Below are positions 1 through 13,589 of a stretch of DNA of 64,000 nt, in pieces. This stretch comes from Takakia lepidozioides (Eukaryota; Plantae; Bryophyta), in contig CM060733.1 in NCBI GenBank assembly GCA_030704615.1, positions 64,790,001 to 64,854,000 of the forward strand. The letters run 5' to 3'. The notes under the pieces are model-generated. The model was not told where the DNA came from. It searched no databases and worked only from the letters and a program-made list of their open reading frames with translations. Numbering within the stretch: position 1 is the stretch's first letter; every line of letters begins with the position of its first letter. The translations under genes and the position numbers were made by a program.

Positions 1-3000
1 GAGGAATCCTTGAGAGCTCCGACAAACCAAGAGATGCCTCCCATGCCGGCAGCCTTTTGGAAGGGTGTTGGCGCAGTTTGGGCGGGACGTTGAAGACGTG
101 TTAAGGCGGCTATGCCACTCCACTAAGGCAAAGTTTAAGGTGAAGCCTAAGGAACCCGACACCTTCGATGGCGTCCGAAATCGGAGGCACTCACACCCTG
201 GTCTTGGAGCTAGAGCAGTACTTCCGGGCGGCCAAGTTGAGTGACGAGGTCTCGTGGAAGTGGCTCCCACCTATTTGAGGGGCTATTGCTCAACAATGGT
301 GGCAGAAACGCCTTCACGCGCCGGTCCAAGTCCGGAACTTGAACGGAGTGGGTTCAAGGAATTGATGAAGAGACAGTTTGTGCCCCTCAACGCGTCCTGG
401 CTTGCCCGGGACAAGATGAGGAATTTGAAGCAAACAGATGACATTCGGGGGTACGTCCAGGCTTTCAATGTGCTGTTGCTCGAAGTCGTCGGACATGGCA
501 GAACCAGAAATGGTCTTCAACTTTGTGGCGGACTGGCCCCTGGGCCGGCGGAAGTTGGAGGAGAAGCCACCCAAGACTTTGAACGGGCAATTGAGAGGGC
601 TGAATGTTTCTCGGATGTCCCTAAGGGTGAAGACAAGGCCGTACGGAGCTGAACCAACATAGACCCGCGGGAAGGTGACTCCTTCCGACCGGAAAAAGAA
701 GTGGGATAGCCACGCGCGACAATGGCACGTGGATTGAAGGGAGGGCCTTCACAACGTCAAGGCGCACCCGTGCTCCGAAAGGAAACGGGTGGAGCGGCTT
801 ATGCGACAGAAGGCGCCCTTTGTGGAGTGTGTTTCAATTGCGGGGATCCCGGGCACATGGCCAAGAAGTGCACGAGCCCGGCAATTGAACATGCTCGGCG
901 AACCACGGAGCTGTCGGAAGATACCATCAGTCCGCTTGGTGAAGCGGGTGTCGCCAGGACTTGCAAGGTAGGCAAATTTTCTTGTGAGTTGTATCAGGAA
1001 ACTGCGCCTTACGAAAAGGAGTCAGTTATTGTTTCGTGGATGGGATAATATCCGAACTAACGTGTCGTTGTTCGGTGGACACAGGAGCGTCGCACTCCTT
1101 CATGACACCGGCCACGGCACAAAGCTGGACTCCCGACAAGTGACGTGGGCCTCTATTTGATGTGCGTTCTGCCAAAGGAGAACCCATTGGCGACAAGGTT
1201 GGCGTTTGATGTTCCTCTCAACTGGGGAGTTGGGAGGGACGTGAGAACTTCACCATCTGCGAGATCGATGGAGTAGATCTCATTTTAGGGATGACCTTTT
1301 TGAGCAAATCCGGAGCGGTCATAGATGGCCGCAAGAGAGTACACGCTGCCATGTGGGAATGGTGGCGAGGTCTTACGAGTGTCGGAACGCCCAAATCCGT
1401 GGGAGGGGAATAACCTTCTGGTCAGCAAGGGAGTGGGCCGTGGAGGAGCACACGAGCCCAGTTTTGCTTTACATTAGAGAAGTGAAGGGAGAAGGCGATG
1501 GGAGCCGAGCCCATATTGGATCAAGGGATTTTGGAGAAAATACCAGGATGTGATGCCGTAGGATTTACCAAGCGGCTTGCCACCAGCGAAGAGATTGACC
1601 ACAAGATGATGTGATACCGGGATCGGAACCGCCTGCCAAGGCGCCCTACCCGTTGAGCCACAGGAGTTGGTCGAGCTAAGACGCCGCTCGGATCTATGTC
1701 AGAAGGGGTACCTCCGGCCGAGTAAGTCACCTTACGGAGCCCCGTGCTATTTGCAGACAAGAGGATGGGACGCTGCGGATGTGTGGTCGATTACGGGCTC
1801 TGAATAAGGTGACTATCAAAACCGGTACCCTTTGCCAGGATCGACGACCTCTTCGATCGGTTGGCGGAGCGAAGTATTTCAGCCGGATCGACTTGCGCTC
1901 CCGGCTATCATCAAATTCCGGGTGGCGGAAGGAGATAGGAGAAACCGCGTGCAGGACAAGGTATGGTTCATATGAGTTCTTGGTGATTCCTTTTGGGCTC
2001 ACCAATGCACCATCGACTTTAGCACGCTGATGAACAGCCTTTTCCAGCAGAGTGGTTGGATGACTTGTGATCGTGTACATCGACGACATCTTGGTGTACT
2101 CGAAAACAAAGGAGGAGCACCTGGAGCACCTCAAAAGGGTGTTCCAAAAATTTGCGAGAAGAAGAGCTGTATGCCAAAGCTTCAAAGTGCGAATTCGGGG
2201 TCACAAAAGTGGAGTTCTTGGGGCATGTGATTACACAGGATGGGATCAAATGGATGACAGAAAGGTGAGGGCGATCTTGGACTGGGAGCTCCGACTTCGG
2301 TCCGGGAGTGCGATCCTTCCTAGGACTCGCCTCCTATTACCGGAAGTATGTGAGAAATTTCGCCAAGATCGCGGGGGCCGCTGTCGACCTTCTGTGTAAA
2401 TCCAAAGTCTGGGTATGGAACACTTTGTGGCCCACTTTTGCTGAATTGACGCAGCGGATGGCGGAAGCTCCAGTCTTGAAAAATCCCGGAGTTCGATCGT
2501 CCGTTTGAGATTCATACAGATGCATCGACTTCGCGATTGGGGGTGTACTTATGCAAGATGGACGTCCAGTGGCTTACGAAAGTAAGAAACTGAATGAAGT
2601 GGAGCGACGGTGGCCGACGCACGAAAAAGAGATGAAGGCGGTGGTGCATTGTCTTGAACTTTGGCGCCACTTGTTGTTCCAACCCAGTGAAGGTGTTCAC
2701 GGACAATGTCACGTGAAGTTATTTTGCCACGCACCCAAGTTGTCCCCCAAACAACTTAGTGGCAATTACTTTGGCAGTGTTCGACGTGGATATCCAGTAC
2801 AAACCGGGACGGACAATGTGGTGCCGATGCTTTAAGTAGAAAGCAGCGCTCTTGTTGGTGTAGCAAGGGCGAGACGGCGCTCCAAAGAATCCGGAAGGCT
2901 TGCCGGAAGGATGAGCTGGCGAAGTCCGTGATGCAGGACTTGAGGATGTGGGTTAAATCGCAGTTCCACTTGCAAATGGACTGCTCCGGTATAAGCAAAA

Positions 3001-5874
3001 ACGTCTCTACGTGCCAATGGAGGGATCAGAGATAGCCTCTTGAGAGAATGCCATGATAGCCCGCTTGCGGGCCACGGCGGAGCCAAGCGCACTGCGGCAC
3101 TCTTGAAGAAAGAGTATTTCTGGCCCAAACTGAGGGAGGAGGCAGAGGAGTATGTCAAGACATGCACCACATGCCAACAAAACCGGAGCGAGTACAAAAA
3201 GCAAGCGGGGCTGTTACAACCCTTGCCGATTCCAGAGGGACTTGGGAAAGCGTCTCGATGGATTTCATGACTGCTATGCCGCTGTCAAAGGATTCGATGC
3301 AATCATGGGGTGGTGGATAGGGCAGTAAAGGGCCATTTCATCCCCACCAAAGGACGCAACGGCGCAGGAGACAGGGCGACTTTACTTCTACCACTCTTAA
3401 AAGCATCAGAGCCCAGAAGGATATTGTCTCGTCTCGGACGCGATCCAAAGTTTACGAGTAAATTTTGGAGGACACTTTGGAAGAAGATGGGGACGAGGCT
3501 GAAGATGAGCACCGCCTTCCGACCTACGAACGACGGACGCCAAACGGAAAGAGTGAATTCCGTAGTGAAGCAAATTTTGCGGAATTACGTGTCGGCAGAC
3601 CATCAGACTGGATGGAACACTTAGACGCGGCAAAGTTCTGTTATAATAACACAGAACACTCCGCAACGGAGTTTCCCCTTTTGTATTGGTCTATGGAAAA
3701 GCACCTCTGGTGCCGACAAGTTGGGCCGCCCAGGACGTTGAGGAACCGGCAGTAGCGGCGGTACTGGAAGAACGCAGCGTTTGTTGAAGCTCGCAAAGTA
3801 CAACAGTGCCAAAGCTAGGAAACGGTATGAAAGGCAGGCGAATCGGAAGCGGAGGGAAGTAAGTTTGAGGCAGGCACGGAGGTCTGGTTGAACATCAAGA
3901 ATTTCCGACTAACCTCCGGAAGTGAGTCCGAAGTTCGTACCTCCGTATGCGGGACCCTTTCGCATTCGAAGGTATGAATGAGGAATGTGTATGAATTGAG
4001 CTGCCGCAAACAGCAGGTGCACCCAGTATTCCATTTCTCCTTTTTAACCTTACTTCAAAGATGAAGCGCGTCCGAATCGGCTCAAGTGTTGCGTCGTCGC
4101 CACCTATGCTGTTGGATCATGAAAATGACCTGAGTACGAGGTGGAGGCAATACTTAAGTCGAGGAGGTTCAGAAACGCGAAACGGAGTACTCTCGTCAAA
4201 TGGAAGGGCTATCATCATGTGGAGGCATCTTGGGTGCGTGCCTCAAAATGGGAAACGCATCCGAGGCGGTTGCAGTTTTCGAAGGGCGACCTCAAAAGCG
4301 GAGAAGTCGTTGAATGGGGGACATCAACCTTGGAGCGTGGGGGAGGAAGCATGCTTAAGCCCGGCTTAGCTAGCTCAGGAATCCGATTGCAAAAACTTGT
4401 ATTGTACAAAAATTTGTTTATAAGGAAATGGGTTCCAAATGTTGTCGTCCTATTTTGTTTGGAATGGTGATGCATGGGTTGTTGGCTAGTGTGTAGATGG
4501 CATGCTAGCTTACAAAGTGGGAGAGGTAAAATTGTTATCGTGTGGTTGCGCAGTGCCGAAATCGGTGACTCCCTCCAAGGGCAAGGAACTTGCGCTTCTT
4601 TGGGAGTTCACGTGCTAGTGCGCACCTGGCGCTGCGCGTACTATAACTTGCGCTACGGGGGAGCCTTTGTAGTGCGGGCTAACGCGGAAGCTACGTGCTT
4701 CCGTTCACGTACTATAATCGTGTAAGCCTCGGGACGAAGTCGTAGTGCGGCTTCGGCGTGTTCCCGTACCTCATGTCCAGCATTCCAGGCGGACCCATTG
4801 TAGTGATTGGGGCGCACGGTTGGTTCAAGGTTATCTTTCCTAGTCAAGAGGGGTCCAGGAACCCTTGCTCAAGGTTTGCCAAAGCGCATCATTGAGCGAT
4901 CGCAAGCATGTTTGTTGCGTAAGGCGATTCGATCTCGGGGAGGATCGTTCCTTGTCCTTGAAGTAGGCCAAGATAGTGCACTGGGAGAGAGCTAAGAGGC
5001 TCCAGCCTGGCGGGACTTGGAGGAAGTCGGCCGAACTAGCTAGTGGAGAGTAGAGTCAAGTGTGGGGTTTTGGTTCTTTGCCATGGGACGCCATGTACAA
5101 ACAACTCCTTGATGTGGGCCGCCACAACTTGGATTTCGTTTCTACAAAAGGACAGTCGATGAGGACATCGACTCCCTGTTGGTAGGGGTGTGTGTCGCGG
5201 CCCTTTGCCTTGAGTGCAAGGAGTCGGGACACAAGAGGGGCTGCCCTGTGTGGGGGCAGTAGCAGCGATAGGTCCGGGGCTGAGCACCCTTGAGCCAGGC
5301 AGGCGGAGCGCTCACTAGGTGGAGCCGCAAAACCGTGCGGTGGGGGTGCTCCACAAGGGGTGGTGTAGCTTATTGGGACTTAGTGGGGGTGGCATAGACT
5401 CACCATGTGGGTGGAGACCTCGTGGTGGAGTCGTGGGAGTCTTGGGACTCATCCGGTCCCTAGGGCCGTGGTGAGTGGGCCAAGACTCACCGCGACTCAC
5501 CACCGGAATCGAGGGTTTCGTGGTGGTTCGCCATAAAATGGCATGGCTGGTTGTGAACCCCCGCGGACCGCTAACAGTAATATAGGGAGTAGTAACCCCG
5601 AGAACGGTGCAAGCCCGTTGGTTACCAAAAACTAGTGAGTAGCGAGCGAGCCGAAAGCGACCAAAGGTGGGGAGCTTGTTCCGACTGCCTCTCCGGAAGT
5701 CTCCTAGTCCCAATTAGAGGTGGAAGGGTTTTAGATGGAAGCACAAAGGGGACCGTTATGTCCCGGTGAGCAGCCGAAGCTCCAAGTGCCCGGCTGCCAT
5801 GGTGGGAGTCAGGCAGCGCGCAAAGCGAGTAACTATGGACTGAAGGGAGTTTACCGAATTGAGGTGCCTGCGCA
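1..5874 (+). mobile_element. Ty3/Gypsy chromovirus LTR retrotransposon (Tcn1-like), degenerate copy, 5' end outside window
   Basis: Ordered fragments: gag (CFNCGDPGHMAKKC knuckle ~825-870), protease (VDTGASHSF ~1075), RT ([19 protein letters not shown]), RNase H (RPVAYESKKLNE..WPTHEKE), integrase (HDSPLAGH..CTTC, RDPKFTSKFW), chromodomain (EAILKSRR..LVKWKGY ~4140-4310), PPT and 3' LTR. Colinear with the copy at 41944-46741 but with many 1-bp indels. Confidence 0.95.
5193..5874 (+). repeat. 3' LTR of chromovirus copy 1
   Basis: Starts TGTCGCGGCCC right after GGTAGGGGTG; homologous to the LTRs at 46018-46741, 53180-53895 and 54185-54908; right end approximate. Confidence 0.85.
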
Positions 5875-5948
5875 GTTTTTGGACGTTTCCAGATCATGTC
5901 ATGCGGCGAAGATATGTCGTCGTACAATCCTCTCATGGTTTTTTAGAT

Positions 5949-6448
5949 NNNNNNNNNNNNNNNNNNNNNNNNNNNNNNNNNNNNNNNNNNNNNNNNNNNN
6001 NNNNNNNNNNNNNNNNNNNNNNNNNNNNNNNNNNNNNNNNNNNNNNNNNNNNNNNNNNNNNNNNNNNNNNNNNNNNNNNNNNNNNNNNNNNNNNNNNNNN
6101 NNNNNNNNNNNNNNNNNNNNNNNNNNNNNNNNNNNNNNNNNNNNNNNNNNNNNNNNNNNNNNNNNNNNNNNNNNNNNNNNNNNNNNNNNNNNNNNNNNNN
6201 NNNNNNNNNNNNNNNNNNNNNNNNNNNNNNNNNNNNNNNNNNNNNNNNNNNNNNNNNNNNNNNNNNNNNNNNNNNNNNNNNNNNNNNNNNNNNNNNNNNN
6301 NNNNNNNNNNNNNNNNNNNNNNNNNNNNNNNNNNNNNNNNNNNNNNNNNNNNNNNNNNNNNNNNNNNNNNNNNNNNNNNNNNNNNNNNNNNNNNNNNNNN
6401 NNNNNNNNNNNNNNNNNNNNNNNNNNNNNNNNNNNNNNNNNNNNNNNN
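5949..6448. other. Assembly gap (500 N)
   Basis: Run of N; ORFs spanning it are artefacts. Confidence 1.
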
Positions 6449-7669
6449 GGGGAATGGACTTCAGTGGCAGATCTCAAACTATAACTGTTGATGAGAAAGA
6501 TGTATGGGTTCATCCACCGCTGGCGTGATGAACACGTTCCACCTACGTCGGTGGGTAAGTGTGACAGATGCTCCATTATTGGAGGCCGGACTGCTCTTCC
6601 GCTTCGCATCATTTCCAAAATCTAAGGGCTTCGTAGCTGTCCGCAAGGTCATCGACATCCAAGTCGTCATCAGGTCCTCCTTTGCAAGGATGCCGTGCTT
6701 CCGGAACCGGGACGACTGCCCATTTGGAGGCACGATTATGCAATGTATTCGGCCACTTGGGAGACATTGTATCTGGTACCACAGATTACACAGAAAGATA
6801 CTGGTTCGATTGTGGAAACCTTGGTGGCTTTTGAGTATATCGTAGGCGGCCACTACACCTGTTCGAGCGGGGGTGACGATCTTGGTCTGCGAGTCCGTGG
6901 CTCCGCGCATCCTCGATTCCGATTTTCCCAGCTACGACGGTCAACCCATGCAGAAGAAGGCGCACTGCTATTGCTGTTGCGGTGGAATGCTGCCACTGGA
7001 CGTGGGTGGACTCCATCGGAGAGACCTATTCTCCTGAAGGGTGCGCTCCTCTTCTCCATTGTATGGGGGGACATTCGCATTGGTGGGACGACGAAAACGT
7101 GAAGATTTCATATTCGATGGTGTGTATGAGTGAAGATACGGCAGGACATTGTGGTGAACATCACTGGGGCGGTACAAACGGCTGCAATCGACTTTACATG
7201 GAGGAGCCCAATGACTCATGAGCTAGTTCTTGAGAGCAGTCGAAGTCCCAGGACAACGTGACTTGTATCAGTAGGACAGGGCTCAAGATTTGATGGCACA
7301 ATCAGCACAGTAGACGTGCTTTCAAATGCATTCATGTGGATCAATAAAAACCTCATTGTGGCTCTTTTTATTCTATTTTGTGTCCATCGTTCCGAGAATG
7401 CGTCATTGCTCATTTCGTTGGGATTGGGAGTGTGGGTGGATTTTGCAAGGGCTGGTAGGCTGAAATGGGCCCCATTGTACCAGAGCAGTACCACCCTACC
7501 ATTCGAGAAACATGGCCTTTCAATATATAATTCTAAATAAATTGACGAACCTCCTTCATCGGATGACCGTGGCACCCTAAACCCTATTCCCGCGGACACT
7601 CATTTCTGGAAAGGAAAAATAGTGCTGCTCAGGTTTTTTTCCACACTTACGACTCTGCTCATGGCTCAT

Positions 7670-10600
7670 GCCGCTCATGGCTCTGGCTCATAAAATAGCA
7701 GCCCCCGCCACAGTTGGCGTTACAACCAACACGGGCAAAACCACCTTTCCAAATATTCAGGAAAAGGGGATCATGATTTACACATTAGCCAATTTTGAGC
7801 ACATGTGTATAGTGAACTATGAGAATGGCGATGATGCCAAGATGAGACTGTTTCCGGTTCACTTATAAAGAAAGCAAGTGAATGGTATGCAAGATTCCCT
7901 GATAATCATTCCTAACCTGGAATGGCTTGATACAACATTCGAAATAGGTTCAGGACAAGTAAAACTGAGGATGAAGTGTATGGAAGTTTACAACAGTATC
8001 AAGCAAAAGAAGCATGAAACTGTTGAGGAGTATATGGAAAAGATGGAATTGATGATGAAAAAGCTGGCTGCAGTACCAGCACCCGGTTTACAGAAGACTT
8101 GGTTGTGAGTGGACTAAGACCAGAGTTGCAAAAGAAAGTGGATATGTTACCCCATAATACAGTGGAGGAGGCATTTGAAACTGCAAACAGAATTGAGCAA
8201 TTGGGAATGCTCAGGAGAGAGAAAAGGGATGATGAAGACTCTGAGGAGGAGTCAGATGAAGAAGAAGAGCAAGAACTAAAAAGAAGAGTAAGAGAAAGGA
8301 GAAGTTGAAGAGGGATAACTATGAAAAAAGATTGGAAGAAATCTTGAAGAAATATGCCACAGAGGCTGCAACACATTGGAGGAAGGGTTTATGGTGTACA
8401 AAGTGCCAAAATGAAGGCCATACCACCACAAAATGCCACATGAAGGAGAAACACTGTACTATCTGTAAAATGGATAACCATTCTACTGAGAATTGTTACT
8501 ACAACAGAAGGACAGCTGCAAGAGAACCTAGGCAAGTAAGGGTGCATCAGGTGCAGCCCCAGCCAAGAAGAAACAATGATCAGGACCACTATGGTAGGTC
8601 TGGTGGTTATAACAATGGCATGGAAAAGAGAGGTAATTCAAGAGGAAATTATCAGGAAATTCCAGAGGCAACTATCAGGGTAATCAAGGGGGAATTACCA
8701 GCCCGGGAATCAGGATTACAGAAATAATCCAAGAGCAGACCAAGGGCGAGGACCCAATGGTGAAGACTATGTTACTATTGTAATCAGCAAGGACATCGCA
8801 AGGCAGCCTGTTCATTCTGGATAAGACACCAGAATGAGATGAGAGCTCCTGTGAATGAGGGCCCAGTGGTGGCAGCTCACATGGTTAGGCCATGTGTTGT
8901 ACCAGAAGTAAGTACAATGATAGTAACCAGAAGCAAAGCCAAATTAATACCTCCGGTAGTTGAGGAAGGAAGATGATGATAATGAGGTGGCAGTGATATA
9001 CCTGAAGATGATGGGGCTTGGAGAGAGGAGAAGGAACTGCACAAGGAAGTGGCAGATACCATAAGGGAAATGCAGAAGAGTACTGATATTCCTGTGGCAG
9101 ATTCCTCTGATTCTGATGGAGAGAGAAGAAGAAGGGAGTGAGATGAAAGGAAGAAAGAAGATGCAGACATGCAAAGTAATGAAGAAACTTTGGCTGAAGT
9201 AATATGCCAGACCAAAGCAGAAATTACCATTGGACAGCTATTGGCTGTGGCACCTTATTGTAGGCACAGGCTGTATCAAGCAATCAATCGAATTGCCCAG
9301 GAGACCGGAAACACAGACCTGAATAGCAAGGTGACCAGTTATACTGTGAAGCCGGAAGGGCAAGAAACAGTCATGGACTTTGATGATTCTATGCCAGTAA
9401 TCCAATTGAGAATTGGAAGCACAGAACTAACTGATGTACTGATAGATGGAGGTTCTGGAGTAAATATCATGACAGACCAATTGAGAAAGAAGCTTGGTCT
9501 AAGTAACATGAAACCAGCCCCATTTACAGTAACAATGGCAGATCAAAGAAGTGTACAGCCATTGGGATTAATAAGAGGAGTTAAGATACAGATACAGAAG
9601 ATGATCTTTATGATCACAGTAACTGTGTTGAAGATGGATGAAGTCATGGAGGCTTACTCCTTATTATTGGGACGTCCGTGGCTGAAGCAGGCCAGGGTAT
9701 TCCATGACTGGAATTCTCAGTTATTACCGTGCATAATGGGATACACGAGATACAAAATTACCACAAAGAAATCTAGTAGATTACCTGCTACGAGAAGACC
9801 TCGAGGAGTCAGAGAGTATGACTGGAGAGAAGGACTGGATGAGGGAGCAGGAAGCTACCCTGTGCTGCTGCACACCCAGAGTGGGAGCAAGTTGCAGAGA
9901 TGCGACTGGAAAGCCTAAGTTGTTTAAGAGGTATCTGCTGTGGTGTAGTGACAGCAACACCAACTGAAGAGGAAACCAGCAGTTACCCATCACATTTCTA
10001 TGAAGAAAGAGAAGGAGAAATGGAAATCCTAGAGGAACCAGCCACTGTGAGCTTACAGGATGAAGTGGTGACTGGTTGGACAATCACAGCTGATGAGCAG
10101 GTGAGGGAAGTGAATGTGGGAACTAAAGAGGAACCGAGGATGGTGAAAGTAGGAGCTGATTTGGAGCCAGAATTCTTTGAAGAAGCTAAGAGCTTGTTCA
10201 TCAAATACAGAGATGTATTTGCTTGGAGCTATGAGGATCTAAAAGGAATACCACCTGAAGTCTGTCAGCATAAGATTGAACTGGAACCAGGGTCAGTACC
10301 AATCAAGCAGGCGAGGTACAGAATGAATCCCAACTACGCACAGAAGGTTGGAGAAGAGATCAAGAAGTTGGCTGAGGCTAAGTTTATATGCCCAATAGAG
10401 TATACAACTTGGTTGTCACCCATTGTTATAGTTCCCAAGAAGAATGGTAAACTAAGAGTATGTGTGAACTACAAGAAGCTAAATGCTTGTACGAAGAAAG
10501 ATCCTTTTCCTTTGCCATTCACAGAAGCAGTATTGGACACTATAGCAGGCCATGAGATGTACTCATTCATGGATGGGTTTAGTGGTTATAATCAAGTACA

Positions 10601-12622
10601 AGTGGCAGAAGGAGACCAAGGAAAAACAACTTTCATCACAGACTGGGGTGCTTATGCATACAAAGTCATGCCCTTTGGACTTTGTAATGCACCAGCGACC
10701 TTTCAGAGAGTGATAAGTGAATCTTTTCATGAGTATCTGGATGATTTTATGCAGGTGTTCTTGGATGATTTCAGTGTGTACAGCTCTAAGAATGAGCACT
10801 TGCATAAATTGGAGTTATGCTTGGCCAAATGTAGGATGAGAGGTCTGGGCCTGAATCCAGAGAAGTGTACTTTATGTGTGAACTCAGGGGTGCTTCTGGG
10901 ACACATTATGTGTAAGAGGGGACTTCTTGTGGATCCCAGGAAGACAGAGGCCATTAAAGCCTCTCCACCACCAGTGAATGTTAAGAGTCTAAGGAGATTC
11001 CTTGGGCAAACCAGTTATTACAGAAGATTTGTCAAAAGGTATGCACAAATAGCAGCACCATTGAGCAAGCTACTGAAGAAATATGCAGTGTTTGCCTGGA
11101 CAGTTGAATGTCAACAGGCGTTCGAGGAACTTACACTGTCAGTAACAACTACATCTGTGTTGATTAACCCTCACTGGCATGTAGTATTTCACGTTCACTG
11201 CGATGCATCAGGAGAAGCATTGGGAGCGGTGTTAGCCCAGAATGTTACAGGAAATATAGATTCACCTGTGTACTATGCTAGCAGGTTGATGAACAGTGCT
11301 GAAAGGAACTATAGCACAACTGAAAGAGAAGCACTGGCAATGATATGCAGTCAAGAAATTCAGGCATTACCTATTGGGAAGAAAGTTTATGTTTTATGTG
11401 GATCACCAGGCTCTGCTCTGATATATCTGGTGAACAAACCTTTGATAAGTGGAAGGATAGCGAGGTGGTTGATAATCTTGCATGAGTTTGAGTTCGAAGT
11501 TATTTACAAGCCTGGCCGTTTGCATCTTGTGGCAGATCATTTGTCACGACTAACAACAGGAGAGGCTGCCACAGGAGTGGACGATCAGTTACCTGATGCG
11601 AGTTTATTTGTAATGGAGGTGAAAGGAAGTGCAGATGAATGGTTAGATTGGCAGTGGCCAATCAGATACTACCTTACTCATGGTCAATGCCCACCTAGTT
11701 ATGGTAAGGAGCAGAGGAAGAGAATCGCTATCAAAGCTTTACCTTATACTATGGTAGGAAGCAAAATGTATAAGCTAGGACCTGATGGAGTACTAAAACG
11801 ATGTTTGTACCACCATGAAGTAAATAAAGTTTTGGAGGAAGTTCATAAAGGAGTGGCTGGAGGTCATTTTGGAGAAGAGACTACCAGTAGGAAGATACTA
11901 CTCGCAGGTTACTTGTGGCCTACTTTGTTCAAAGATGTACACAGTATTGTCAGAGTTGTGATGAATGTCAGAGGCTAGGACCTTTGCAGAGATCTGGAAT
12001 GATGGCCTGCATCCTACAATGCCTACGGAACCATTTCAGAAATGGGGACTAGACTTTGTTGGACCAATTAACCCACCAGCCAAGAATACACGGAACATGT
12101 ACATAATTACAGCCACTGATTATACTACGAAATGGGTGGAAGCTAAAGCTTTGAGGGACAACACAGCCAAGTCCACAGCAAGGTTTCTATATGAGAACAT
12201 ATTTACACGATTTGGCTGTCCCTTAGAATTTATCAGTGATCAGGGAAGTCACTTCATTAATGAGACCATTGAATTATTGACTAAAGAATTCATGATTGTG
12301 CATAGGAAGAGTACAACATATTACCCACAGGGTAATGGACAGGCAGAGGCTACCAACAAAATACTATGTACTATCTTGGCTAAGATAGTCAATGCAAACA
12401 GAACGGATTGGGATACAAAGCTGTTGACAGCTTTGTGGTCATACAGGACTTCATATAAAGTCACCACTAAGTATACACCATTCCAATTAGTTTATGGTAT
12501 GGAAGCCTTACTTCCAGTGGAATTCCTGTTACCTACCATGAGAACGGAGTGGGGAAAGAGAATGGAATTGCAAGATTCCATTAAGGTCAGGAAACATGAA
12601 TTATACCATGTGGAAGAAGTAC
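7670..12622 (+). mobile_element. Non-chromovirus Ty3/Gypsy element copy A (Athila/Phygy-like), gag-pol cut within integrase
   Basis: gag (KMRLFPVHL; three CCHC knuckles), protease (VLIDGGSGVNIM), RT (SFMDGFSGYNQ, MPFGLCNAPATFQR, VFLDDF), RNase H (HCDASGEALGAVL..NYSTTERE), integrase (WGLDFVGP, FISDQGSHF, QGNGQAE). Ends at HVEEV where an LTR end begins. No additional archaeal-type RNase H seen, so not Tat/Ogre. 5' LTR not found. Confidence 0.93.
9900..11978 (+). pseudogene. pol fragment of copy A (RT, RNase H, integrase zinc-binding start)
   Basis: 692-aa ORF with RT and RNase H motifs; compensating frameshifts near 11345-11420. Confidence 0.9.
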
Positions 12623-13550
12623 TGTCGCGCGGCTTTTACTCACCCATCCCTTCGCTATCCGAGGCGGAAACTCCAAGATAGAAGAGTTGGAAATCTCTAA
12701 GTACTCAGCCCGCGCAGAACAATCAGTCATGACCTACAGCTAGTGTATCATGGGGGTGTTTCCTATTTGTTTCCTCTTCCGCATTCATCTTAGCTACCTT
12801 ACCATTGATAATTAAGTATCAGTTTGCTTCATCAATTTATCGGTTTCCTTAACTCCTCCATTCAATCCACAGCTTCACTCAGATCTCTCTACACAGTGTG
12901 ATTGTATCGTATAAGTATCAGATTATGATTTATCAGGTATCAGGCCGAATCCATTATGTCTCTAATCTGCTCTACAATATCACTCTAGCTTTGCATATGA
13001 CAAGCATCTACTAATCCTCTTTTCTCCTTCATCGTGCTCTCCGATCTCCGCTCCCGCCTGTCTCCGAAGTCCTCCCCGAATAATGATCTCCTTCCTATTC
13101 CCCGTTCTTCCCTTTATCCTCCTATCCGCGGTTCTAACCGTTTCCCTCTCTAACCGTCGTATGTGAACTAACATGTTCCCTTCACTGGTGTTGTTCCCCA
13201 CAGTCGTTCCCTGTCCTACTCTTCGTTCCCTATTATCGTGACAGCTGTGTCAAGCGTGACTGGCTGTGTTTGGCTGTGTGGGCTGTGTCTGCTGTGACGA
13301 CTGTGAACGGGCTGTGTGGGTGGGTGTGTGGGCTGTGACGACTGTGACGGCTTGTGTGGCTGTGACGACTGTGACGGGCTGTGTGGCTGTGTGGGCTGTG
13401 ATGCTGTGTGTCGGCTGTGTGGGCTATGTAACCCCTTCTACAGTGCGCTGCTGTCACCCCTAAGGTTCCTGTTTGTCTCAGTCTGTGCAAAATTTAAGGG
13501 TACCCTACAGATCCCGTATAAGTGTCTAAGTCCCCTACAGTCCTCTAACA
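12623..13550 (-). repeat. 3' LTR of copy B (~928 bp)
   Basis: On the minus strand starts TGTTAGAGG directly after a purine tract and ends GCCGCGCGACA; matches 21789-22674 in reverse complement. Confidence 0.8.
13244..13425. repeat. GGCTGTG-type minisatellite inside LTR
   Basis: Degenerate tandem ggctgtg/ctgtgacg units. Confidence 0.9.
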
Positions 13551-13567
13551 TTACCCCTTCCCCCCTC
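13551..13567 (-). promoter_or_regulatory. Polypurine tract of copy B
   Basis: Minus strand GAGGGGGGAAGGGGTAA preceded by a T-run and followed by TGTTAG. Confidence 0.8.
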
Positions 13568-13589
13568 AAAAAAACCGTGTCCTCACGGT

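Noticed and set aside
5735-6618. Long ORFs spanning the N-run
   Set aside because: Artefacts of the assembly gap.
6480-7220. Possible F-box gene remnant
   Set aside because: Only vague resemblance (LLFRF..IRSSF) in broken frames within low-quality sequence; not supportable without a search.
7216-7599. 127-aa minus ORF loosely like an Ulp1 segment (GAHFSL)
   Set aside because: No QxxxxxCG motif; too weak.
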